Made by a program: the position numbers and the translations under genes. From Fibrobacterales bacterium (lineage in GTDB: Bacteria; Fibrobacterota; Fibrobacteria; Fibrobacterales; JAOPTW01), in contig JAOPTX010000008.1 in NCBI GenBank assembly GCA_051532055.1, positions 32,001 through 96,000 on the forward strand: a stretch of 64,000 nt of DNA, given 5' to 3'. Shown here one piece after another: positions 39,374 to 49,201 of this stretch (position 1 is the first letter of the stretch; each line of letters starts with the position of its first letter). The notes under the pieces are model-generated. The model saw only the letters and a program-made list of their open reading frames with translations. It had not been told where the DNA came from and did not search any database.

Positions 39374-41020
39374 CTAAACTACCTTTTCATCATCGGGAAT
39401 ATCAAGATATTCAAGATTCACCTGATTGCTTGATTCTATATCCGGTAAGCGTTTTTGAATCGCAATGAATTCGCTCAAGTTTTCAAGAAAAATTTCTGCA
39501 ATATTAGGGTCAAAATGAGCACCTTTTTGAGAATTCATGTAATCAACTATTTTATCCATACTCCAAGCGGGTTTATAGCACCGCTCATAAGAGAGCGCAT
39601 CAAACACATCAACTATGGTGGTAATTCGAGAATAAATATGTATTTCATCCGCTTTAAGAGCATTAGGGTAGCCCGATCCATCGAACTTTTCCTGGTGTTG
39701 GTGCGCTATCATTGCTGCGACTCTAAAAACCTCTCTTTTAGAGTTATTGAGCATATCAAAACCTATTTGAGCATGGGTCTTAACAACTTCAAACTCATCT
39801 GTGGTTAAAGAACCTGGTTTATGTAGAATTGCTTCGGGAATAGCAAGCTTACCAATATCATGCATGGGAGTAGCCAATTTAAGCATCTCGACTTCCGCCT
39901 CTGAGAGACCCATTTTTTGAGCGAGAAGCGCGGCATATGATGAAACGCGCTTCACATGGTTACTTGTTTCATGTGAACGAGATTCGGCAATTTCACTCAT
40001 TGTGTAAAAAATCTCTTTTTGAGTATCTACGTACTCCATATTCTGATAAATATTCTCAAAGGCGACACTCAGGTTTGCACAAAAAACATCGATGAGCATT
40101 TTGTCTTTTGTCTCAAGTTTACTCCAGCCTTTCAAATAAATTATGTTCTGTGCACCATTTGAGGTTTTAAAATATCCCAAATAGAAGACATCATTGTACA
40201 TTGATTTCATCTGCTCTATTGCGCTATTGATGTCCTTTTCAACCTTTCCAGAAACTACCTCACTTACCTCCATCCCTTCTGATCCTGAGTATTTGCCCGT
40301 AGAAGCAAGTACCACAAAATCATCTGCACAGCTATTTTCATCATGATGAGGTGCCTGACAATAGAGTGCATCGTGTTCAAGGTTGAGGAGCGAGACCATT
40401 TGTTCAAGTACAATTGAAGCAAATTTTTGCATTGATTGCGGCTTAAAGAGTGAAGATGAAGTGAGGAGAAGCTTTTCAAGTCCTCGCTTATAGGTGTCAA
40501 TCGTTTCAATATCTCTATAAGAGCGCAAAGCGGCAAAGAGCGAAGTCATTAATTTTTGAGAAGTTAACTCTTCTTTTGAACGATAGTCGTTAATATCGTA
40601 ATTTTGAATGACGTGACTTTCTGGAGCCATTCCAGGTTGTCCGGTTCTGAGAATAATACGAACGGTCTTATTCTCAAGTTCATCACGGATATATTTAACT
40701 AATTGAAGACCGGCATCATTCGTTTCCATTACCACATCAAGATACAGTACCGCGATATCTTGATGTTTCAATAAAATTGATTTTGCATCTTCCCCGCTTA
40801 AGGCACTCAAAAATTCTAATGGCCGTCCATCAAAAATAAAATCTTTCAAAACTATTTTTGTAACATCATGAATACCCTCATCATCATCAACAATGAGAAT
40901 TTTCCAAGGAGCACCACTAAATTTCGGAGTTTGCAATGAGGCGTCGTCTGTTGATTTACCTGCCGGGTCATCAGCAAAAAGAGGATCACTACTATTATAG
41001 GTTGTCATAGTTATCACCAA
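39374..41020 (-). CDS. Response regulator REC-DUF3369-HD-GYP (putative c-di-GMP phosphodiesterase)
   Basis: 'ILIVDDD', 'LDVVME', 'ILRTGQPG'; 'ETSNHVKRV', 'MHDIGK', 'DGSGYP', 'DVFDAL'. Confidence 0.9.
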   Translation of the reverse strand: MVITMTTYNSSDPLFADDPAGKSTDDASLQTPKFSGAPWKILIVDDDEGIHDVTKIVLKDFIFDGRPLEFLSALSGEDAKSILLKHQDIAVLYLDVVMETNDAGLQLVKYIRDELENKTVRIILRTGQPGMAPESHVIQNYDINDYRSKEELTSQKLMTSLFAALRSYRDIETIDTYKRGLEKLLLTSSSLFKPQSMQKFASIVLEQMVSLLNLEHDALYCQAPHHDENSCADDFVVLASTGKYSGSEGMEVSEVVSGKVEKDINSAIEQMKSMYNDVFYLGYFKTSNGAQNIIYLKGWSKLETKDKMLIDVFCANLSVAFENIYQNMEYVDTQKEIFYTMSEIAESRSHETSNHVKRVSSYAALLAQKMGLSEAEVEMLKLATPMHDIGKLAIPEAILHKPGSLTTDEFEVVKTHAQIGFDMLNNSKREVFRVAAMIAHQHQEKFDGSGYPNALKADEIHIYSRITTIVDVFDALSYERCYKPAWSMDKIVDYMNSQKGAHFDPNIAEIFLENLSEFIAIQKRLPDIESSNQVNLEYLDIPDDEKVV

Positions 41021-41103
41021 ACATCAAGTGAGCGCTCAAATAAAATATACCAATTAGAGGCTGAGTCTCACCTATTTAAAGATACACTGATTATCCAATA
41101 TAT

Positions 41104-43095
41104 TTAAGAATTTGTCACGCCCTGTGAAGCAATCGGTACTTTTATTATAAAGTTGACTCCATCATTGGGCAAACTAAGTAAGCGGATAGTACCCTTTAAT
41201 TTATGGGTAACGATATTATAGATGAGGTGCATACCTAGACCAGTCCCTCCCTTACTCCTGCTCGTTGTAAAAAACGGATCAAAGACCCGACCCATATTTT
41301 CTTCGGGAATTCCTTTTCCATTATCCTGATAAGTAAACTCAATGTTTTCCATACCTTTCACAACAACAATATTTATATTCCCCTTTTCCTCCTTTTCGGG
41401 AAAGCCATGAGTAACACTATTCATAATTAAATTTGTGATTACTTGTGATATTTCTCCAGGATATGAGTGCATCATAATGTCATCAGGGCATTTGAGATTA
41501 ATATTTATATGAGTCTGTTTCAATTGAGGCTTTAAACTAAGCAGAGTATCTTCAATATATCCTTTGATGTTAAATTCTCGTTTTTCATCCCGAGTCTGAT
41601 CAACCGCTACCTTTTTAAAGCTTTTAATAAGCCCCGAGGCGCGTGTCATATTTGAAAGTATCATCTGGGTTGATTCACTTGCCGTTTTAATATACTCCTC
41701 AAAAGTACCACGAGTAAGACCATTTTTCTCAAACATCAAAAGGGTACTATTGGTACGCTCTTCTAAAAATGATGCTGCAGTTACCGCAATTCCAATAGGA
41801 GTATTAATTTCATGAGCTACACCAGCAACTAAACTGCCCAGAGCTGCCATTTTTTCAGACTGAACTAATTGTTCTTGAGTCTGGTTCAAGTTTTGAAGAG
41901 ATTCACCAAGTTCTTTATTGAGTTTGATAAGCTCCATTGTGCGATGCTCGACTCGCATTTCCAACTCTTCGTTCAAATGATAAATCTGCTGTTCTGCTAA
42001 AATACGTGCGGTAATGTTTATCACTTGGACTACAAAATATTGTGGATAATCTTCTGCATCTCTGTGAAGTAGATAACTAAAAATAACATGAACCGTAGAG
42101 CCATCTTTCTTTACAAATTGCTTCTCAACCCTATTTTTATAATCCGAATCCACAATCATTGATTTAAGCTCCTGAACAACTCCATCACGAAATTCAGGAA
42201 GATACATATCTGCAAACTCTCGATGCTGAAGCTCTACAGAACTATACCCCAACATTTCACAAAGCTCACTATTTACCTGCAAGAATTCTCCAGAGAGACC
42301 AATAAGTGCCATCCCAATAGCGGCATGTTCAAATGCCCCCCTAAAACGCTCTTCACTAAATCTAAGAGCTATCTCTGCTTCATCCCGCTCCCACTCTTTC
42401 ATTTGGATATGCTGAACCATCTCATTAAAACACTGATGAAGTTCTTTTATCTCACTACTCCCTCCACCATCCACTCGAATTGAGTAGTCACCTGATTCCG
42501 CAATATTCTGAGAAACCAAGGCGAGTCGATTAATAGGACCCGTTATCACATTTTGAATCATCACAATAAAAACATAAGAAAGCAGCATCAGTGCGCCAAA
42601 AAGAGCGACTCCCATTACGATACTCTCCCAGATACGCGCCTGTAGCTTCTCTGCAGAAAATCGAAAATAGCAATGAAGGCCCGGTAACTCACCCACACTA
42701 TGAAATCGCTGAATAAGTAAATCATTGCCATGAAAGAGTGACTCATTTTCACCTAAGAGCTTTACAATTCGTTCATCTTCGGCCAAGGTATAGCCATAAT
42801 CAAAGAGAAGTACACCATCTTCGCTCCGGCATATCACAACTTCTATGTTGGGTAATTTTTCAATTAACCGAGCAGCCAAGTGAGCAGGGATAACTCCATT
42901 GTGCTGATATTCTGTAAATATTCGATTCTCTACTTGCTCAATTCTCAATAAATTTTGAGCAACAAGTCCCTCTTTTAATTGACTAATGGTATGTATTGTA
43001 TGAACACCAAAACTGACAAAAGTCGAAAAGAACGTTATAACTAATACGAGAATGACCAGCTGTTGCTTTAATGTCAATGAGTTTAGAAACTTCAT
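41104..43095 (-). CDS. Sensor histidine kinase (TM-HAMP-PAS-HisKA-HATPase)
   Basis: HAMP 'PINRL', PAS 'FRGAFEHAAIGM', 'VAHEINTPIG', 'FDPFFTT', 'GTGLGM'. Confidence 0.93.
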   Translation of the reverse strand: MKFLNSLTLKQQLVILVLVITFFSTFVSFGVHTIHTISQLKEGLVAQNLLRIEQVENRIFTEYQHNGVIPAHLAARLIEKLPNIEVVICRSEDGVLLFDYGYTLAEDERIVKLLGENESLFHGNDLLIQRFHSVGELPGLHCYFRFSAEKLQARIWESIVMGVALFGALMLLSYVFIVMIQNVITGPINRLALVSQNIAESGDYSIRVDGGGSSEIKELHQCFNEMVQHIQMKEWERDEAEIALRFSEERFRGAFEHAAIGMALIGLSGEFLQVNSELCEMLGYSSVELQHREFADMYLPEFRDGVVQELKSMIVDSDYKNRVEKQFVKKDGSTVHVIFSYLLHRDAEDYPQYFVVQVINITARILAEQQIYHLNEELEMRVEHRTMELIKLNKELGESLQNLNQTQEQLVQSEKMAALGSLVAGVAHEINTPIGIAVTAASFLEERTNSTLLMFEKNGLTRGTFEEYIKTASESTQMILSNMTRASGLIKSFKKVAVDQTRDEKREFNIKGYIEDTLLSLKPQLKQTHININLKCPDDIMMHSYPGEISQVITNLIMNSVTHGFPEKEEKGNINIVVVKGMENIEFTYQDNGKGIPEENMGRVFDPFFTTSRSKGGTGLGMHLIYNIVTHKLKGTIRLLSLPNDGVNFIIKVPIASQGVTNS

Positions 43096-43131
43096 GTACA
43101 GCACATCCTCTACCAGCAACAAGTGTTACAC

Positions 43132-43629
43132 TTACTGAGGTCCTTTTCTGCGACGTTCCATCGATTCGACAACCCCTTTAAAGGTCTCTCGATTTTTTTG
43201 ATTCATCTCAGATAAGAGTTTATGACTCTTATAAATTGTATCCTGAAAGTGTTCTAGTTCAGCCTTTTCTTCTGGAACATCCTGAAATTCTCCAGCGAGT
43301 GGCTCTGAGACCAACTTGATATCAAATACTTGGTCAAATCCCATGCTTAAAAGCACCTGATGTATTGATTCATTGGGGGATAAAATAATTACCTTTTCAT
43401 CAAATTGAGCATCATGAAGACGAGCAATTTTTGCTATGAGCCCAAGGTTTGTTGAGTCTATAAAGTTGGCATCACTCAGATCAATGGTAATATGCGGAAG
43501 AGGTTTTTCTGTGAAGGTCTCTTCTAAAAATTGATCAAAACAGAAGCTCTTAAAATATTTAAGATCACCACACAATTTAAGTTCAAGTGCATTTTCTGTA
43601 CATCGGTATTTATAAAGATCACTACCCAT
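43132..43629 (-). CDS. STAS-domain anti-sigma-factor antagonist (RssC-like)
   Basis: 'IDLSDANFIDSTNLGLIAK', 'LLSMGFDQVF', C-terminal helix 'HKLLSEMNQKNRETF'; start overlaps upstream stop. Confidence 0.82.
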   Translation of the reverse strand: MGSDLYKYRCTENALELKLCGDLKYFKSFCFDQFLEETFTEKPLPHITIDLSDANFIDSTNLGLIAKIARLHDAQFDEKVIILSPNESIHQVLLSMGFDQVFDIKLVSEPLAGEFQDVPEEKAELEHFQDTIYKSHKLLSEMNQKNRETFKGVVESMERRRKGPQ

Positions 43630-44920
43630 CAGCCCCTCTTGAAATATGAAGAATGGTAATATCATCAGGGATATTAAGGTTTTCTGTAATACCAAGTGCG
43701 TCTTTCATTGATTCGATAGTAACCCCCCTGCCATTACATACCTTTACTAAAGCATTCTCTTTAGCTGCAACCTCTTTCATTGGCATAATATCTAGTATCC
43801 CATCTGAAAAAAGTGAAAGAGTAAAGGAGTCAGGAAGGTTAATAGTTTTGGAGGTATACTGAGCACGAGGAAAAAGGCCGATAGCCATACCACCCTCTTT
43901 TATCATCTCACACCTCTCGCCATTAAACAAGATTGGATAGGGATATTGAGCACCGGTAGCATAAGAGAGCTCGTTACGCGGCGTATTAATTACTCCATAA
44001 AAAAGGGTTAAATGCTTATTAAGGTTTTCTGTCATAATTTCAGAATTAAGACTAAACAACACTTCACTCGGATTAAAAATTGCTCTATCGCCCTGACTTC
44101 TGTATCGTTCTTGGAACCCATTAATAAAACTTTTAAGCAGTACTGTTATAAAAGAACTCGATAAACCATGACCTGACACATCTGCAATATAAAAACCTAT
44201 ATGGTGATTATCTATTTCAAAGTAGTCGACAAAATCGCCACTTAAAAACTGTGACGGAAGCACAAGACTTGAAAATGTATACCCTTGGATCTCCTCTAAA
44301 GCATCGGGAAGGAGCTTGTTTTGAATACGCATCCCCGCTTCAAGATCTGACTCGAGTATCATCAACGACTCTTGAAGTTTCTGCGTTCGTTCCGCAACCT
44401 GCCTCTCAAGAGAGTTATTCATTTGTGCGATTTTGTGAATATAATTAAATGACCGGAGTGACGTAGTAATAGTTGTAATGAGTGTGATCGAAGACATATC
44501 TGTCTTCTCTTTGTAATCATTAATATCGTATTCTATTATTACTTTACTTTGGGGTGCATGGCCTGGTTGCCCCGTTCTTAATACGATTCTAATATCGCTG
44601 TTTTTTAATGTTGTACGAATAAATTCAACGAGTCGAAGACCAGCATCGTCTTCTTCCATGACCACATCAATTATGGCGACAGCGAACTCAATATCACCCT
44701 GTAAAATTCCTTCAGCCTCTTTTCGAGAGTAGGCTTTTACTAAATTGAGTCTTTTATTTTCAAAGGAGAATGATTTTAAAACAAGTGCAGTTACCTTGTG
44801 AACTTCAGTATCATCATCAACAACCAAAATATTCCAAACGGAATCATTAGAAGTATCAATACTTTCTTCTTCAAAAAACTCAATTAAATCATTTTCAGAG
44901 TTCACTTGTACATCACACAT
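43622..44920 (-). CDS. REC + SpoIIE/PP2C phosphatase-domain response regulator (RssB-like)
   Basis: REC 'VVDDD..IDVVME'; 'LSGDFVDYF', 'ADVSGHG', 'FSDGI', 'PDDITIL'. Confidence 0.9.
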   Translation of the reverse strand: MCDVQVNSENDLIEFFEEESIDTSNDSVWNILVVDDDTEVHKVTALVLKSFSFENKRLNLVKAYSRKEAEGILQGDIEFAVAIIDVVMEEDDAGLRLVEFIRTTLKNSDIRIVLRTGQPGHAPQSKVIIEYDINDYKEKTDMSSITLITTITTSLRSFNYIHKIAQMNNSLERQVAERTQKLQESLMILESDLEAGMRIQNKLLPDALEEIQGYTFSSLVLPSQFLSGDFVDYFEIDNHHIGFYIADVSGHGLSSSFITVLLKSFINGFQERYRSQGDRAIFNPSEVLFSLNSEIMTENLNKHLTLFYGVINTPRNELSYATGAQYPYPILFNGERCEMIKEGGMAIGLFPRAQYTSKTINLPDSFTLSLFSDGILDIMPMKEVAAKENALVKVCNGRGVTIESMKDALGITENLNIPDDITILHISRGADG

Positions 44921-45013
44921 TTCATGATAATAATTAACAGTATAACACTTTACGAGCCAATATTCTAGATATTATCATTTTTTTAATTATTTAGACAAGA
45001 TTTAGTAATCAGT

Positions 45014-46099
45014 TTAACACGCATTTTGACTAGATACATTGCTAGTACATCTAGGAAAGGTGAGAAGAAACCGAGCGCCGCCCCCATCATTTTCTTCCAC
45101 ATCAATATTACCGCCATGGGCTTCCATAACATATTTTGAAATAGCAAGGCTTAATCCCTGTCCTTTATTATGGTGCATGATATCACTAATTGAAAATTCG
45201 TCAAAAATGGCAGCCCTATCTTTGTGAGCAACTCCAATACCACCATCGGCAACAGAAAGCGTAACGACATCATCTACATCGGTTATACCCACCTCTACGG
45301 CGCCACCTGCGGGAGAAAATTTAATCGCATTGTGGAGAAGATACCCTAACACTTTTTTCAAGTAACTCCAGTCAGCATCCAATACGACTGGCTCCATAGC
45401 ATTATTAATCAATACCACATCTTTGGCTTCAGCAGTAGGCTTAAACTCTTCAACTACTTGATCAACTCTTGAATGCAATAAAATTGAGGATCGCTCAATA
45501 ATTCTCTCCGACTTAATTGAGCATATTAGTTTGGTTTTTTCCACAAATTCTAGTAACTGATAGCCACACTCAACCATTAAACGAATATTACTGCGGTGAG
45601 CTTCAGGAATTTCTTTCTCATCAACAAGCAGATTCCCAATTCCGATGATTCCATTGAGTGGGGTACGGGTCTCATGACTAAACAGCTTCAATAGATCGCC
45701 TTTTATTGCCTCTACCTCTTCAGTACGTTTGAGCTTAATAAAGACCTTAACCTTGGCGGCAAGCTCTTCATCAATAAACGGCTTTGTAATATAGTCATCA
45801 GCTCCAACCTCATAGCCATGGAGCCGCTCATCAATCATTGATTTTCCTGACACTAAAATAATCTTGGTAAAAGCATAAGTAGGGTTTTTTCTTATGGTTT
45901 TGCACACTTCATATCCGTCAATCCCTGGCATCATTATGTCGAGCAGAACCAAGTCAGGCTCAAATTGAGGCATCATCTCTATTGCCTCGCTACCATTCAT
46001 TGCAATCGCTAACTCATAAGAGCCCTCTAATATCTCTTCGAATATACCCACATTCATAGGGTCATCATCAACTATTAGAATTTTATTTCCAGCTACCAT
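45014..46099 (-). CDS. Hybrid REC-histidine kinase
   Basis: 'ILIVDDD', 'LLDIMMPG', 'SHETRTPL', 'NAIKFS'. Confidence 0.9.
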   Translation of the reverse strand: MVAGNKILIVDDDPMNVGIFEEILEGSYELAIAMNGSEAIEMMPQFEPDLVLLDIMMPGIDGYEVCKTIRKNPTYAFTKIILVSGKSMIDERLHGYEVGADDYITKPFIDEELAAKVKVFIKLKRTEEVEAIKGDLLKLFSHETRTPLNGIIGIGNLLVDEKEIPEAHRSNIRLMVECGYQLLEFVEKTKLICSIKSERIIERSSILLHSRVDQVVEEFKPTAEAKDVVLINNAMEPVVLDADWSYLKKVLGYLLHNAIKFSPAGGAVEVGITDVDDVVTLSVADGGIGVAHKDRAAIFDEFSISDIMHHNKGQGLSLAISKYVMEAHGGNIDVEENDGGGARFLLTFPRCTSNVSSQNAC

Positions 46100-46470
46100 A
46101 TTCTTACCTGATGTTAAAAACCTGTCCAGTTACCACCCAAAAGCATCTATTCCATTGAAGGCTCTGAAAAAATTTTATTTTGTACAGCCTCATGTCCCTC
46201 ATGCACTGTCACATACAATTTAGAGAAGTCATTTGATAACTATCTCCTCTCATTAAGTTCACGCAGTCCTTCTTTCAAAGGATTAACCTTATTAGACTTT
46301 GAGTCTGATAAGTTCCTATGACTTATCATACCAAGCATAAAGTTAAATGAGTATCATTTAGTATAATAAAATACAAAGAAAGGCTAATAAATTTTTGATT
46401 TATTTTTGATATTTAGTAAGCTTGAGGCATTACTACCCCATTCTTCCATTTACAGAGGAGTATATATAAC

Positions 46471-46495
46471 AAAAGGCCCACACAGTGAGCCATTT
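46471..46495 (-). terminator. Probable terminator of second TIGR02147 gene
   Basis: minus strand ggctcac-tgt-gtgggcc-tttt. Confidence 0.6.
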
Positions 46496-46538
46496 ATATA
46501 ATTACTATTTGAGATAGGGTCCAAGCGCCCCATACATA

Positions 46539-47360
46539 TTATTTCTGTTTTGTAAGCGGGAAAAGCTGTACATTCATTTGATATACTTGATCTACTGCCT
46601 TATCATCAAAAGCAATTTTAGCAAGCCTTTTTCGATACTCTGCAGTCTCCTCTTTCACCTTCTCCATACTCTCTGCAGAGAGAGTAAGGGTCATAGTAGA
46701 AACATCTCGTTCATCAGATTGAAATTTATTCAACGCACGCTTAGCCAACTCCATAGTAACGATTTGGAAATTTGCTAATTGCATAGATCCGACATCACCA
46801 GTATCAGCAGAGAGCGATTCCTCTTTTTGCTTGAGATAGCCTTCATCATTATACTCGATAAGCCCTAATGCCAACAAGTCTTTAACAGCTTTTTCAGATT
46901 GGGCCGCTGTAATAGAGGGCTCCATAATTTTAGCAAGTAGACGATAATCATCTTTCACTTCTAAAAAATAGAGGGCTTCTCTAATTGCAACGTAATACCA
47001 ACGAGAGAAAAGGTTGTATTCTCTTTTTTGCAAGTATTTTGTTGAAACCCCCTGAAGAGTAAGTAAACGATTATAAAATTCGTTTTTTTCATCAAGGGTT
47101 TTCGCTTGATTGAACAATACTAATGTTTCAAAATAGCGCGTTTCCGCTTTCTTCAATTTGAAGATCTTGGCCATTTTTAAAACATGTGTTGGAGTTAAGT
47201 TTTTCTTACCAGAAATTACATTTGCAATAAAACCAGTAGAAGAAATTTTCATCTGCTTAAGAAGATACCTCTGAGAAAACGATTTATCTTCTTTTTTTAA
47301 GTCTACAGAATGATCTTTAATAAATACTCGATAATCAGTATAAGTGTATATGTCTGCCAT
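46539..47360 (-). CDS. TIGR02147 family protein
   Basis: 'IYTYTDYRVFIKD', 'FSQR', 'WYYVAIRE', 'ERDVSTMTL', 'VYQMNVQLFPLT'. Confidence 0.92.
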   Translation of the reverse strand: MADIYTYTDYRVFIKDHSVDLKKEDKSFSQRYLLKQMKISSTGFIANVISGKKNLTPTHVLKMAKIFKLKKAETRYFETLVLFNQAKTLDEKNEFYNRLLTLQGVSTKYLQKREYNLFSRWYYVAIREALYFLEVKDDYRLLAKIMEPSITAAQSEKAVKDLLALGLIEYNDEGYLKQKEESLSADTGDVGSMQLANFQIVTMELAKRALNKFQSDERDVSTMTLTLSAESMEKVKEETAEYRKRLAKIAFDDKAVDQVYQMNVQLFPLTKQK

Positions 47361-47626
47361 GTGCCTGTCTGCCATTATGATTGTCTCTAAGAGCACCTCT
47401 TAATACTCAAAAAAACAATTCGTTATATTAAATGAATCACCCATAACATAGAGTTTATTTTAGTAAAGTCAAACAGAAAATTGGGAAAATATCAATTTTG
47501 TATACTTTTCCGCTCTTTTTCGTAAAATCATCAATTTTACGCCATTTCATGGCCCTAATAACTCAATCTTTACTTGAGTTATTAGGGATGACTACTAAGT
47601 CACGGGAAGCAAAAAGGGTCTAATTT

Positions 47627-49201
47627 TTAGACCACTAGGAACACCGGAATATAGACAGCAAATCGAGTACCCTGCTCAACAACCGATTCAACAGTTATAA
47701 TTCCATTTAAACTCGTTACGATCCCATGCACAACTGAAAGCCCCATACCCGTTCCTTCATTAATTGGCTTCGTCGTGTAAAACGGTTCAAAAATATGGTT
47801 TAATACCGACTCTGGAATTCCTGCTCCGGTATCCGAAACAGTCAACTCAACATATTCACCAGAAGTCCCCCCATGGAGCTCAACAAAGGAGGCATCTACA
47901 ACAACCCTCTCTAGTATCACTTCGATTGTACCACCTTCTTCTGGCAAGGCATACACCGCATTTGTTAATAGGTTTAGGGTTACCTGCTGCAGAATACTTG
48001 AATTTGCTTTGACCATCATTGATGGCTTTTCAAAACACGTTTTAATGGAGACATTTGGAGACAATCCTGACTCTATAATTACTATCGACCCCGTTACCAC
48101 AGGGACAAAATCTATATCTTTAACTGTTTCTTCAGTTTTTCTGCTAAAATCAAGAATTTGCTGTATGATTTCTTTAGCTCGATCACCTGCTATTTGAGCT
48201 CTTTGTAATTTTTTTTGAATCCCTGGGTTCTCTTTGGTCTCTTGCTGGACCATAGTAATATTGAGCATCATTGCATAAAGAATGTTATTGAAGTCGTGCG
48301 CAATCCCCCCTGCAAGAGTTCCAATTGCTTCCTTTTTAAGAGCTTGCCTCAGGTGCGCCTCCATCACCTTTTCATGACTAATATCACGACTGATACTCAC
48401 CATTTTACTCAAATCCCCATTACTATCTTTTAAACCAGAAAGAGTTCTCCGTTCAGTAAAATAGTCACCATTTCTCTTTTGATTAAGTAATTCTCCAGAC
48501 CATTCATCACCTACCGCTAAGGCTTCTTTAATTCCAGGAATCAATTCACTATTTTTATCAATATCGAAAAAACTATATGCCTTCTTCCCTACAAGTTCAA
48601 CAGAGGAATAACCTGTAATAGATTCAAAAGCCCTATTAACATATTCAAAATCCCCATTAAGGCCGGTAACACTAACCCCTTCAGAAAGCTGTTCGACAAT
48701 AGCTGCCAACTCTTGATTTTTATTTTGAACTTCAAGGCGAACCTCGACTTCTTTTGTGAGCTCCTGCGTTCGCTCTTCAACCATTGCTTCGAGATTACTA
48801 TGATACCTATTCAACGCATCAGTATTTTCTCGAATCTGTATAGAACGCTCTACTAATACCGGAAGAGTCGTTAAATAATTTCCCGCAATATCTTTTGTAA
48901 TATAATCGTAGGCACCGGCTTTCATAGCACGAACCGCAACTTCTTCATCACCTAAACTCGTCACAATGATAACAGGAATCTCTTTGCAATAATCAATTAC
49001 ATCGAAAGCAGTTCCATCGCCCAAAAGGTAATCTGCTATGACCAGATCATACGAACTAATAGTCAGCAGACGAAGCGCCTCTTTACAATCAGAAACCATA
49101 TCAAAGTCAAACCTGAACTGACGTTTTACTGACGCCCGTTTAAATGCCATTTGATCCATAGCATCGTCTTCAACATATAGTACTCGGTAATTATTAGACA
49201 T
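47627..49201 (-). CDS. REC-PAS-histidine kinase
   Basis: 'YVEDD', 'ADYLL', PAS 'YVNRAFESITGYS', 'GIAHDFNNIL', 'FEPFYTTK', 'GTGMGL'. Confidence 0.93.
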   Translation of the reverse strand: MSNNYRVLYVEDDAMDQMAFKRASVKRQFRFDFDMVSDCKEALRLLTISSYDLVIADYLLGDGTAFDVIDYCKEIPVIIVTSLGDEEVAVRAMKAGAYDYITKDIAGNYLTTLPVLVERSIQIRENTDALNRYHSNLEAMVEERTQELTKEVEVRLEVQNKNQELAAIVEQLSEGVSVTGLNGDFEYVNRAFESITGYSSVELVGKKAYSFFDIDKNSELIPGIKEALAVGDEWSGELLNQKRNGDYFTERRTLSGLKDSNGDLSKMVSISRDISHEKVMEAHLRQALKKEAIGTLAGGIAHDFNNILYAMMLNITMVQQETKENPGIQKKLQRAQIAGDRAKEIIQQILDFSRKTEETVKDIDFVPVVTGSIVIIESGLSPNVSIKTCFEKPSMMVKANSSILQQVTLNLLTNAVYALPEEGGTIEVILERVVVDASFVELHGGTSGEYVELTVSDTGAGIPESVLNHIFEPFYTTKPINEGTGMGLSVVHGIVTSLNGIITVESVVEQGTRFAVYIPVFLVV

